Part shown: one piece after another, positions 1-8,487 of the stretch
Position numbering within the stretch: the stretch's first letter is position 1
Layout: each line of letters opens with the position of its first letter
Source: a virus
Taxonomy: Duplodnaviria > Caudoviricetes
Length of the DNA stretch: 64,000 nucleotides
IMG/VR virus record: IMGVR_UViG_3300016662_000119
Span: 270 to 64,269 of that record
Strand: one strand, 5' to 3'
Program-made: the position numbers and the translations under genes
Notes under the pieces: generated by a model
The model's database searches: none
Seen by the model: the letters and a program-made list of their open reading frames with translations, nothing else
What the model was told of the DNA's origin: nothing

Positions 1-239
1 TCGGTCCACATCAGTTCTGCAATGGATGGTTCCTCGTCCAGCTCAGCACGCAAAACATCACGGATCATCGCTGCCGCACCATCAGTTGGCCCCAAGCTGC
101 GCTCCAGCTGGTCCGCCTTGGATACGATTGCGCGCAGGCGCCTGATCTCACGCAGCACGGCGCGCATGTCCCGCGAATCGCTACGAAGCCGGATTTCCAC
201 CAGCTCGACTGTAGTTAGGGGCGTTTGAGAATTTCTCAT
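1..239 (-). CDS. Hypothetical protein, runs off the window edge (MRNSQTPLTTVELVEIRLRSDSRDMRAVLREIRRLRAIVSKADQLERSLG...)
   Basis: Hand-translated. ATG at 239-237 overlaps the TGA of the upstream ORF (ATGA coupling) and the frame stays open to position 1. Confidence 0.7.
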   Translation of the reverse strand, partial: MRNSQTPLTTVELVEIRLRSDSRDMRAVLREIRRLRAIVSKADQLERSLGPTDGAAAMIRDVLRAELDEEPSIAELMWT

Positions 240-589
240 GACCGCATCGGTCGAACGTTCCGGGTATCGGTTTCCGGCTCTGGCATGGCCAGATCCACCG
301 CGCAAAGCCACGACTGCGCAAACTCGACCACATGGCCCTCTGCATTCGTTGTCCGCTCAAACCCTGCCAGCGTGAACTTGCCATCGTTCGCCCACACGAT
401 GAGCGGATCGAGCAGCTCCATCTAAGGGCCTGGTCTGCCGCGCGCCACCTTCACAGGACGCCTCAGGCCCTGATCGGTAACATCCATGATGACCAGCAAC
501 CCGTGGTGCTTGACGGTGTACCGGTCGTTCAGCATGTGGCGCTCCACAGCCACCCCGGCTGCGCGCATCTTAACCACTCTTATCTTCAT
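236..589 (-). pseudogene. SOS-box-preceded hypothetical gene split by one in-frame TAG (422-424)
   Basis: ATG at 589 reads MKIRVVKMRAAGVAVERHML...VARGRPGP-TAG-ATG-ELLDPLIVWANDGKFTLAGFER. The 354 nt are in one frame and start 15 nt from a LexA box. Confidence 0.6.
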
Positions 590-604
590 CGCATCAACCA
601 AAAA

Positions 605-624
605 TACTGTATATACATACAGTA
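605..624. promoter_or_regulatory. LexA (SOS) box
   Basis: TACTGTATATACATACAGTA matches the proteobacterial CTGT-N8-ACAG consensus with an AT-rich spacer. Confidence 0.9.
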
Positions 625-1137
625 TAACGAACTGGTACGAGTTGTACAGTAAACAAATGTACTGACATTCGTTGCTCAGCGCGCGTCGAAGAACAGTTCA
701 GATAGAGGCCACGCCTGGCTCTGGCAGCCGGCAAGAATGACGCATCGACGCAGTACTTGTCGGTAATGATGCGGGCGCTGGAGATCTTACTGAAGCTAAT
801 CGACCTCCGCCAGAGCCACGTACTGATGAGCAGCAGGGTGCGGCGGATTACATGCTGCACGACCATGCAGATGAGAAGCGGGCGGCGTGGGCGGCACTGG
901 GTGACCGGCTAAGGGAAATGCTGGACTGAAAATCTAGATCTTCGGTCACACAGCGAATTTCCCTATATGAGACCGATCTGCGGCCAACATATTGATGATA
1001 TCGATTCATGAGCTAAACCAAGCCCTACCCCGGAATTAATGGGTTACGCACTAATGGGGCTGGTAGCCCCGCCGGGGAGCGAGAATCATCGGAGCCGGTA
1101 TAAAATTTAGCAAGCCCGAAGGCTGCCAAATTTCAAA

Positions 1138-2067
1138 TTAATCTATTTCGAATGGCACTTGATGTTGTATCTTATAGAAAAACTCCTCTCCATTTTTAAA
1201 TGAAAAGTCAATCCTAATTGGATTAATATCTTCTTTTTTTGCTGATGCTAGTGCTGTAAATTTTCTTTTTTCCAATGGAGGAACATCAACACTAGCGAAG
1301 AACGGACGAGGTTTTCGGTCCGTATTTTTTTCATCTACTTCCCTTCCCTTTTGATCGGTATAAACTGTTAAAGGCAATGCTGTTTTATTATATACTTCGT
1401 ATATTACATTAACTTTCCCACCCGAAATTTCCCTACCCACATATTTAATAGGGAATTCACTTAACGCGTAACTATTACTCATCGAAGAGTGATAATAGCC
1501 ACCTAGCCCTGACCAACCTTTTTCCGAGAACGCTGCCAAACGATAATTCGCCCAACTACCATCAATAAATTCGTAAGCCTTTGGTCCGAAAGCCACTACA
1601 CATCCAAAAATCGCCAGCCCAATAAATCCCATCAATGTATTTGCGCCATTTAATGGAACGTCTTTAATTTTATCAACTCCACGGCCCTTACATGACTTCG
1701 ACGAAATAGACAATAACTTAGATATGTCCAATATCCCATTTTCCACAAGAATTATTGCAGAAACCTCTGACGCTTTGTGCAAGCGATCCAGTTCAATCAA
1801 TGAACCCGATAATATTATGCCAGTAGAGCTTGTTGCAAGAAGCTCACATTTCAAATCTGGGTCAATCTGAATTTGTATATCCTCCTCAACCTGCTTCCCC
1901 CTATTATAAATTATAACTTCACAAAGCGACCCTTTATCAGCTACTGTTGAATGCCTATAAAGCTTAGGAACAACAACATAAAGCTGCCTCATTTTGAACA
2001 AATAACCTAAAACCGAAGTAATTGCGAATAAAAATAGACCAACAACAATTTTCTCTAGAGTGTCCAC
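1138..2067 (-). CDS. AT-rich accessory membrane protein (moron), unknown function
   Basis: 309 aa ORF with an N-terminal hydrophobic helix and a second one mid-protein. Visibly much more AT-rich than flanking phage genes. Confidence 0.75.
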   Translation of the reverse strand: MDTLEKIVVGLFLFAITSVLGYLFKMRQLYVVVPKLYRHSTVADKGSLCEVIIYNRGKQVEEDIQIQIDPDLKCELLATSSTGIILSGSLIELDRLHKASEVSAIILVENGILDISKLLSISSKSCKGRGVDKIKDVPLNGANTLMGFIGLAIFGCVVAFGPKAYEFIDGSWANYRLAAFSEKGWSGLGGYYHSSMSNSYALSEFPIKYVGREISGGKVNVIYEVYNKTALPLTVYTDQKGREVDEKNTDRKPRPFFASVDVPPLEKRKFTALASAKKEDINPIRIDFSFKNGEEFFYKIQHQVPFEID

Positions 2068-2130
2068 GATATGAGTCAGTTTGGTTTCGGATACATATTA
2101 TACGTTCCAATTGAGAAATATATATCAATT

Positions 2131-2415
2131 TCACAACCAGAAATTGCGGCCCCGAACTCCCCTCGCCTCCACCACGCGAGCAGCCTCCCGCGATAGAGCA
2201 AACGAGTGATCCATCCGATCACCCTGCACGAATATCTGGCAAGCAAGCCCAGCCGCAGCCACCTCTTCCGTGCGCAAGATCAAGGTTTGAATATCTCGCG
2301 CCACTGCGTCAGGAAGTAGCCCGCCGGCCGGACCGGCTGCAGCGCCTCCCTCGGGGCCACCGGCACCGGCCGGGGCGGCAGGTCCAGCACTTTCACAAAA
2401 GGCGGGCTTGCTCAT
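2131..2415 (-). CDS. Hypothetical protein
   Basis: 94 aa ORF downstream of the methylase, with a Gly/Ala/Pro-rich N-terminus. Confidence 0.45.
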   Translation of the reverse strand: MSKPAFCESAGPAAPAGAGGPEGGAAAGPAGGLLPDAVARDIQTLILRTEEVAAAGLACQIFVQGDRMDHSFALSREAARVVEARGVRGRNFWL

Positions 2416-2467
2416 GCGCTCAGCAGCAGGCCGAGCGCAAACGCCACAGTCTTTCGTTCATTGCTGC

Positions 2468-3256
2468 TTAAAACAGCCCGGCCGGCTCAGCCTCCCTATC
2501 CCAGCTGTAAATAATCAACTCCTTACGCTCGACTCCCTTGCCACCTCCGCCCACGTTGTACTGGATACCGGTTGTATCCATCTGGAAGCCAGCAAACACT
2601 CTCCGGATGTCAGGATGGTCATTCAAGCTCAGGATGGCCTTCCCCTTCAGCCTAGCCATCAGCTCAGCCATCTTCTCGTACTGAGCGAATTCAAACTCTA
2701 CGCCATAGCCCGCCGTCTCCCAATACGGCGGGTCCAAGTAAAACAACGTATGCGGCCTGTCGTAGCGTTCCATGCATTTGTACCAGTCCAGATTTTCGAT
2801 GTAGGCGCCGGACAGGCGCAGGTGTGCAGCCGACAAGTTCTCCTCGATGCGTAGCAGGTTGAGCGGCGGCGCCGTGGTTGCTGTTCCCCACGTCTGGCCG
2901 TCGACTTTCCCGCCGAAGGCATGCTGCTGCAGGTAGAAGAAACGGGCCGCGCGCTGCAGGTCCGTCAGGGTATGCGGTGGCGTATCCTGCAGCCACTTGA
3001 ACACCTCGCGGCTCGACAGCGCCCACTTGAACTGGCGCACGAACTCCTCCAGGTGGCACTTCACGACGCGATACAGGTTGATCAGTTCGCCGTTGACGTC
3101 GTTCAGCACCTCGACTTCGGCGGGCGGCCGCATGAAGTACAGGGCGGCGCCGCCGGCAAAAACCTCGACGTAGCAAGTGTGCGGCGGAAATTGCGGGATG
3201 ATGCGGTCGGCCAGACGTCGTTTGCCGCCTATCCAAGGGATGATGGGTAATGCCAA
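2468..3256 (-). CDS. dam: DNA adenine methyltransferase (Dam/D12 class, N6-adenine)
   Basis: Motifs PWIGGKRRLA, YVEVFAGGAA, NDVNGEL and catalytic YLDPPY. Confidence 0.93.
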   Translation of the reverse strand: MALPIIPWIGGKRRLADRIIPQFPPHTCYVEVFAGGAALYFMRPPAEVEVLNDVNGELINLYRVVKCHLEEFVRQFKWALSSREVFKWLQDTPPHTLTDLQRAARFFYLQQHAFGGKVDGQTWGTATTAPPLNLLRIEENLSAAHLRLSGAYIENLDWYKCMERYDRPHTLFYLDPPYWETAGYGVEFEFAQYEKMAELMARLKGKAILSLNDHPDIRRVFAGFQMDTTGIQYNVGGGGKGVERKELIIYSWDREAEPAGLF

Positions 3257-3330
3257 AATGTGTACCTCCTAGTGGTAAAGTTGAATTCCTCCCATGAGGA
3301 AATCCAAGCCCACTCACCAGGCTTCACCGG

Positions 3331-3362
3331 CTGATTGCCGCTGTTAGCGCAGCGGCAATCAG
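3331..3362. promoter_or_regulatory. Perfect 13-bp hairpin in the methylase leader
   Basis: CTGATTGCCGCTG-ttagcg-CAGCGGCAATCAG, with no U-tract on either side. Confidence 0.6.
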
Positions 3363-3616
3363 CGCTCTGCTTTTTCATCGGGCAAACTGCAGCCCGCAAT
3401 TACCGCCTCCAGTTCCACCTCATACTTCCGCCCGCGCGGCCAGTCCCGCGCCAACGCCAGGACAATCTCGCCGTCCGTTGCTGCCGGCGCCAGCTGGTCG
3501 AACTCGTAGACCGGCCGCTGCAGCACCTCCTTTACGCATTGTGTAAGGACTGGAACTTCGACCCGCAGCGGCGCGCTGCCGCAGCCGGCCAGCACCAATA
3601 CAAGCATCCATTTCAT
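3359..3616 (-). CDS. Outer-membrane spanin (Rz1-like lipoprotein)
   Basis: Short signal peptide with lipobox VLAGC. Last gene of the lysis cassette. Confidence 0.8.
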   Translation of the reverse strand: MKWMLVLVLAGCGSAPLRVEVPVLTQCVKEVLQRPVYEFDQLAPAATDGEIVLALARDWPRGRKYEVELEAVIAGCSLPDEKAER

Positions 3617-4008
3617 CGCATACCCTCCAGCAGCAACCTGACAGCCGGCATGGCCTCGTCGCAGGTCGTGGCGCGCGCGCCAACAACTTGCGTCAGGGCG
3701 GCATCGTACTTCTTGCCCTTGGCAGCGGCGGCCGCCTGCGCCGCCGCGCCGCGCTCCTGCGCCGCCAGGGTTGCCTTGGCCATGCCATCGATGGCGCGGT
3801 TTTGCTCGCTGATCGAGGTCCGCAGCGCTGCGCCGACGCCCTGCTCCCGCACCAGCGCCGCGCGCGCGGCGTCACGGTCGCCAGCGACCAGCCACCAGCC
3901 GGTCGCGGTGGAGCTGGCCACCAGCAGCAGCGCGGCGGCCAGCACGATGGCGGCCGCCTTCCAGATCCCGCTGACGGCGGCGCCCGGCAGCGTGGCCAGG
4001 GCGCTCAT
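3613..4008 (-). CDS. Inner-membrane spanin (Rz-like)
   Basis: ATG at 4008 overlaps the endolysin stop. N-terminal TM helix followed by an Ala-rich coiled coil. Confidence 0.8.
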   Translation of the reverse strand: MSALATLPGAAVSGIWKAAAIVLAAALLLVASSTATGWWLVAGDRDAARAALVREQGVGAALRTSISEQNRAIDGMAKATLAAQERGAAAQAAAAAKGKKYDAALTQVVGARATTCDEAMPAVRLLLEGMR

Positions 4009-4442
4009 ACGATGCCCGCCACGTAGCTGACGCCGCCGCCGGCAAACTTGGCCGTCAGGACCTGGCGCCGCGGCGCGCCAGCCGACAGGGCAATGTGCAC
4101 CCACGTGCCTTCGTAGATCAGCTGGTCGAAGGCGATATCGCTTTGCCGGATCAGCAGGGCCAGCGCCTTGGGCGCCAGCTTGGCCGTGCTGATATCGGCA
4201 GCCAGGCCCAGCACGTGGGCGCTGTTGGCCGCGCCGCCCACGGCCTTGTTCAGCGCCGGCGAGCGGTAGCCGCTGGAAATGGTGATGGGCGCGCCCACCA
4301 GCGCGCGCACCTGCTCCAGCAGCGCGGCCAGGCGCGTGAGGTTGGCGACGATGGCGGGTGCCGGCGCGTTGTCGATACCCTTACGGGTGGCCACCTGCGA
4401 GGCGACCAGTTCGGCCAGGCTGAAATGTGGGCTCAGGTTCAC
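4005..4442 (-). CDS. Endolysin, peptidase M15 family (zinc D-Ala-D-Ala peptidase fold)
   Basis: GTG start at 4442: NLSPHFSLAEL...ISSGYRSPALNKAVGGAANSAHVLGLAADI...WVHI. Confidence 0.9.
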   Translation of the reverse strand: MNLSPHFSLAELVASQVATRKGIDNAPAPAIVANLTRLAALLEQVRALVGAPITISSGYRSPALNKAVGGAANSAHVLGLAADISTAKLAPKALALLIRQSDIAFDQLIYEGTWVHIALSAGAPRRQVLTAKFAGGGVSYVAGIV

Positions 4443-4867
4443 AGGCCACCCCGCACGTCCTTGACGATCGCGGCCGCGTCGCGCGCCAGCTCGCCGATGT
4501 CCTTGTCGCGGCGCTTGTCGAGCCAGCGTACCGTGGCGCCCAGCACCCACCAGGCGGGCAAGCCGGCCGCCACCATCAGCGGCGCAGCGATGAACAGGAA
4601 GCCCAGGGCCGGATCGCTGCCGTACAGCACGGCGACGGCGCGCGCGCTGTCGAACAGGCCCGGCATCCAGTTGCGCACGACCACGACCAGGGCCGGCCCC
4701 ATCAGGGCGGAAAAGAGAATGGTGACGAAGAAGCGCACACCCGCTTCCTTGGCAGTTTTTGGCCACATAAACATGAATCCCAGTGAGGTTGCGGCAGCAC
4801 CGGCCAGGACCGGGATGCCAAAAATTTTGATCAGTGCGCCGCCGGCGGCGGTTGTTTCGATGGCCAT
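4439..4867 (-). CDS. Holin-like membrane protein
   Basis: ATG at 4867. About three hydrophobic segments and a charged C-terminus, directly upstream of the endolysin. Confidence 0.75.
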   Translation of the reverse strand: MAIETTAAGGALIKIFGIPVLAGAAATSLGFMFMWPKTAKEAGVRFFVTILFSALMGPALVVVVRNWMPGLFDSARAVAVLYGSDPALGFLFIAAPLMVAAGLPAWWVLGATVRWLDKRRDKDIGELARDAAAIVKDVRGGL

Positions 4868-4893
4868 GTGATGCCTTTCAGGTGGTAGAAATG

Positions 4894-4916
4894 AAAAAAC
4901 CCGCCGAAGCGGGTTT
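4894..4916 (-). terminator. Rho-independent terminator
   Basis: AAAAAACCCGCCGAAGCGGGTTT, a GC hairpin with a T-tract on the minus strand. Confidence 0.75.
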
Positions 4917-4954
4917 GGGTGATGCTGCCGAAATTTAGTCAATGAATAGACTGA

Positions 4955-5053
4955 TCAAACATATTTTTGCAGCTCATGGGAAATACATACTACAAAATAG
5001 ATCAACTCAAGAAATGGACGAATATCTTGAACAAATTGATTAAATCGCTTCAT
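4955..5053 (-). CDS. Small 32-aa peptide MKRFNQFVQDIRPFLELIYFVVCISHELQKYV
   Basis: AAAGGA RBS upstream of the ATG at 5053. AT-rich and bracketed by identical hairpins. Confidence 0.45.
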   Translation of the reverse strand: MKRFNQFVQDIRPFLELIYFVVCISHELQKYV

Positions 5054-5273
5054 TGGGGGGCATCCTTTCGAAAGAAATAGGAGTCGGTACTCTGATTCCC
5101 ACTTTCTCGATGAACAAGGCTGCACCTGGCCAGCCGAATAGCACCGACTATTTCTCGATCCCTTAGCTCCCAACTAGTCCTGCCGCGTTACCGCTCTTAG
5201 CAGTTGCACCAATCTTCAGTCTGTGCTGCCCTCCCCCCTGCAAATTGACGAAAACCATCTGCCCAATAAAGGC

Positions 5274-5294
5274 AAAACCCGCCGAAGCGGGTTT
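5274..5294 (-). terminator. Rho-independent terminator after the tail spike gene (same hairpin as 4894-4916)
   Basis: AAAACCCGCCGAAGCGGGTTT. Confidence 0.7.
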
Positions 5295-5313
5295 GTGGTG
5301 GAATGCTGCTGTG

Positions 5314-6594
5314 CTACACGACCTTGACCATCACATAGGCCCGGCCGTCCGGTTCAATCGAAATCACACGGCCGACCGCGCGCAGGTACTGCTTCATGCT
5401 GAGGTCATCCTCGTGCACGGCAATGCCCTTGATGCCAGCACCGTCCTGCACCGGCACGATGTAGTCGCCTGGCTGGGCGCCTTGCACGTTGACCGGCACG
5501 CGGCCGGCAATGGCGATGCGGTCGACCTTCTGGCGCTCGACCTCCAACGCTGCATCGAACACGGCCATAGCCTTCGCATACAGCTGCATGGCGGCATCAT
5601 GCGCGGCCAGGGCGGCAGCATACGTGGCCTGTTTGGCCGCCCACTCGGCGTCGGTATCGCCGGGCGTCACCACTTCCTGATACTCCGGGGGATTGGTGCC
5701 GGGCAGCGCCCGCTGCTCGATTACATCAGCGCGGCGCGGTGGCGGCGATGGCACTGGCCCCGCCTGGGGTATCGGACGTGGCCCGACACAGGTCGCCCAG
5801 GAATCGCCGCCGACATAGGACGGGGCGGTCGATTTGATGGCAAACATGACAGCGTCGCCCCATTTATCAGTGATGGTATTGTCTTCCGTGATACCGATAA
5901 TCTGCCCCTTGGCGACTATCCCGCACAGGGCAGATTTGAAAATGTACTCAGCATAATCATTGCCCGGGGTATTAACGGTGCCGAGCGCACGGATACTGCT
6001 GCTGGTAGTTGAATTTTTCCCGATATACATTACGGTGGCAGCGACAGGCAGCAGATCGCCACTGCCTGCACGAAGCACCATTGTCTCCACAGAGCCTGAC
6101 AGGCCCGCCCGCAGCAGTGCCGTCCCTTGCTCGCCGACAGGAGTAAAACCACCTGACCCGGCCACCTGCACGAGATCGACGTCATTGTCGTACGTTGTCC
6201 CTACCAGCATCGAGCCTCGCTCCGTCAAGCGTGCTACCTCCCGCCATTTCCCAAGTCCTTCTCCCGTCTCGAATGCGGTGTAGCCGGCATAACGCTTCCC
6301 TGGGTCACCTGCGCCGACGATTCGAGTGCCGTACCCATCGGCACCTGGGTAACCAAACCGGATGGCAGTGCCGGCAATGCCAGAAACGCTAGAGTTCGTT
6401 ACCAATGCCAATTGTTCGATAATGCCAAGTTGCCCCAAGCGAATTGCGGTAATGGTCGATGTCGTGGTCATCGGACCAGTCAACGTCCCGCCAGTCAGCG
6501 GCAGTGCGTTGTATGGTCCAGCAGCAAATGCGGTGTACAGCGCGTTCAGGCACTCATTGACATTCGGCATGCCATCATAAAAAAAGTTAGCCAT
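5314..6594 (-). CDS. Tail fibre/spike with a probable C-terminal intramolecular chaperone (peptidase G2-like)
   Basis: LPLTGGTLTG fibre motif. DYAEY motif followed by IGI...KSTAPSYVGG...RIAIAGRVPVNV. End of the tail operon. Confidence 0.75.
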   Translation of the reverse strand: MANFFYDGMPNVNECLNALYTAFAAGPYNALPLTGGTLTGPMTTTSTITAIRLGQLGIIEQLALVTNSSVSGIAGTAIRFGYPGADGYGTRIVGAGDPGKRYAGYTAFETGEGLGKWREVARLTERGSMLVGTTYDNDVDLVQVAGSGGFTPVGEQGTALLRAGLSGSVETMVLRAGSGDLLPVAATVMYIGKNSTTSSSIRALGTVNTPGNDYAEYIFKSALCGIVAKGQIIGITEDNTITDKWGDAVMFAIKSTAPSYVGGDSWATCVGPRPIPQAGPVPSPPPRRADVIEQRALPGTNPPEYQEVVTPGDTDAEWAAKQATYAAALAAHDAAMQLYAKAMAVFDAALEVERQKVDRIAIAGRVPVNVQGAQPGDYIVPVQDGAGIKGIAVHEDDLSMKQYLRAVGRVISIEPDGRAYVMVKVV

Positions 6595-7448
6595 TAAATT
6601 CCTTCAATTTGCAGTGGTGCAGAATAGGTTTCAAAATACGGCGTGGCCACCGCGTCGATATTGCTGGCCTTGCCATACAGCATGTGGTCCTGCTCCAGCA
6701 GCGGATCAGGGTTTTCCGGGAACAGGCTGAACAGCATGGGCTCGCCCTTGCCGTTCTCGCGCAAGATGCGCATGAAGCGTGCGCGGTCAGTGGGCGTCAG
6801 GTGCGCCAGGTTGATGCTCAGCTTGTCGTTGCTCGGGCGAATCTGCGTCTTGAGGCCCCCTGCACCCGTGCGGTAGACCTCGCTGCCGTCCTCCGGCAGC
6901 AACTGGGCGCCGTACTCGGCGTTGTGTTCCGGCGACCAGTAGTTGCCCGTCACCAGGCGCGATATCTCCAGGTAGCCTTCCGGGCTTTGTGGTGACCACG
7001 CGTCGATCACCAGCTTGCGCACGCGCACGGGCGCAAACCAGGCGACGCCGTCGGCGCCGCCGCCACGCGCCCACGTGTTGACACCGCCCCACTTGTAGGC
7101 GTTCCAGCCCAGCGGTAGCACGCCCCAGGGGTATGTGCCATGCACGGCGGCCGGACACGGGAAGACGTTGCCTGTGTCGAGCACCGGCGCGCTATCGCCC
7201 GGCTGGGCATAGCCGCGCACGCGCATGCGCGCGCTGCTGGTCATATTGGTGAAGATCAGCGCCACGCAGGCGATGGATTCCTGCGTTGGCCAAGTCGCGG
7301 TGATGGTTTGCGCCGCGCTGGTGGCGCGCAGAATGGCGTTCTTGCTGTCGAGCTGCAGGTTTGCCGGCCCCAGCGTGCCGGCCTGGCTCGATGCGGTCAG
7401 CGTCGCCCGGTCGGCTGCGTTGTCATAAAGGATGCGGAGGTTTGTCAT
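6594..7448 (-). CDS. Minor tail protein
   Basis: 284 aa ORF coupled to its neighbours within the tail operon. Confidence 0.7.
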   Translation of the reverse strand: MTNLRILYDNAADRATLTASSQAGTLGPANLQLDSKNAILRATSAAQTITATWPTQESIACVALIFTNMTSSARMRVRGYAQPGDSAPVLDTGNVFPCPAAVHGTYPWGVLPLGWNAYKWGGVNTWARGGGADGVAWFAPVRVRKLVIDAWSPQSPEGYLEISRLVTGNYWSPEHNAEYGAQLLPEDGSEVYRTGAGGLKTQIRPSNDKLSINLAHLTPTDRARFMRILRENGKGEPMLFSLFPENPDPLLEQDHMLYGKASNIDAVATPYFETYSAPLQIEGI

Positions 7449-8182
7449 GGCAGGTTTGCGCCTTCAATAATAAAAATTGTGCTTTCACCATCCAGCCCGT
7501 CCTGATGTGGATCACCTGCCGGCATGGTGTAGCGCTGCACGACGCTACTTGTAGTACTCAGCTCGGTGCCACTTGTACGGCGCCAAAACGAGCGCCGCTC
7601 TTCGTGATCGAAACTGCCAGGTATTCCGCCTGCCGATTCCGAGATGCTCCAAAAGTTTGGCATCCCGATCCCAACCGGACGCTGCAGCAATGGGATGTCG
7701 ACGCGGGTAACTGTTCCGCCTGTCACGCCTGATCCACGCGGAAACAGGGGCGAATGCTGCCCGAAATCGGCAGCGATCACTTGGCTGAGTGGATCGCGCA
7801 GAACCAGCCCTTTTGGGGCTGGCGTCGCGCCTGGGAGGACAAACACCCATACGTCCAGAGCGAATTGCGTGTCGAACCCAAACGCGTCAGGTGAGGCGCC
7901 GCAATAGGCACGAATGTCCCAAATTCCTGCCGCCGGACTCGTCACACTGACAATGCCGACTTTGCGACCAAGAGGCAGATCAAACGCCACCAGAATCGGG
8001 CCGGGGTGGTAGACACGATAGTCCTGATAGCCAGCGACACGCCCAGGGGCGGCATTTCTCACGTCGCCAGCCGGCTGCACGACCGGTTGCGGCGTGGCCT
8101 TACCCAGGCAGTACGGCAGGCGCGCCTCGGATGTCACCACAAGCTCGCGCGCGCCATTGCGGATGCGAAGACGGGCGCTCAT
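7445..8182 (-). CDS. Tail-associated hypothetical protein
   Basis: 245 aa ORF with 4-nt overlaps on both sides. Confidence 0.7.
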   Translation of the reverse strand: MSARLRIRNGARELVVTSEARLPYCLGKATPQPVVQPAGDVRNAAPGRVAGYQDYRVYHPGPILVAFDLPLGRKVGIVSVTSPAAGIWDIRAYCGASPDAFGFDTQFALDVWVFVLPGATPAPKGLVLRDPLSQVIAADFGQHSPLFPRGSGVTGGTVTRVDIPLLQRPVGIGMPNFWSISESAGGIPGSFDHEERRSFWRRTSGTELSTTSSVVQRYTMPAGDPHQDGLDGESTIFIIEGANLP

Positions 8183-8463
8183 TTAACGAAGAGCGCGACC
8201 GGCTCACCAATACTCACACCATTGAAAATAAACCGTGGGTAGCCCAGGTCGTTATCGTATGTATATGCGAGACCCGACAAATTGTTACCACTGATGGTCA
8301 GGACTATCCCGGTCAACCCAGGCCCCATGCCAGGAAATGAATAGGCATGCACCCCGGACGGCACCGCATAAATCCCCAGGCACACGCCCCCCACTGCCAG
8401 ACGGGAATCAAATTTGACCCGGCTCGTGCCAGGTTCGCGCACGATCAAGACCTGGTCAGCCAT
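8179..8463 (-). CDS. Small tail-associated protein
   Basis: GGAGG RBS, then ATG at 8463 (MADQVLIVREP). Confidence 0.65.
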   Translation of the reverse strand: MADQVLIVREPGTSRVKFDSRLAVGGVCLGIYAVPSGVHAYSFPGMGPGLTGIVLTISGNNLSGLAYTYDNDLGYPRFIFNGVSIGEPVALFVK

Positions 8464-8487
8464 ACCGGCCTCCATTTTTGTTATTTT

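Noticed and set aside
632-649. Possible second LexA box (CTGG...ACAG)
   Set aside because: The spacing is CTG-N12-CAG rather than N10.
655-930. Protein-like fragments on the plus strand (YLSVMMRALEILLKLIDLR)
   Set aside because: No start, RBS or continuous frame. It may be a decayed gene but no call can be supported.
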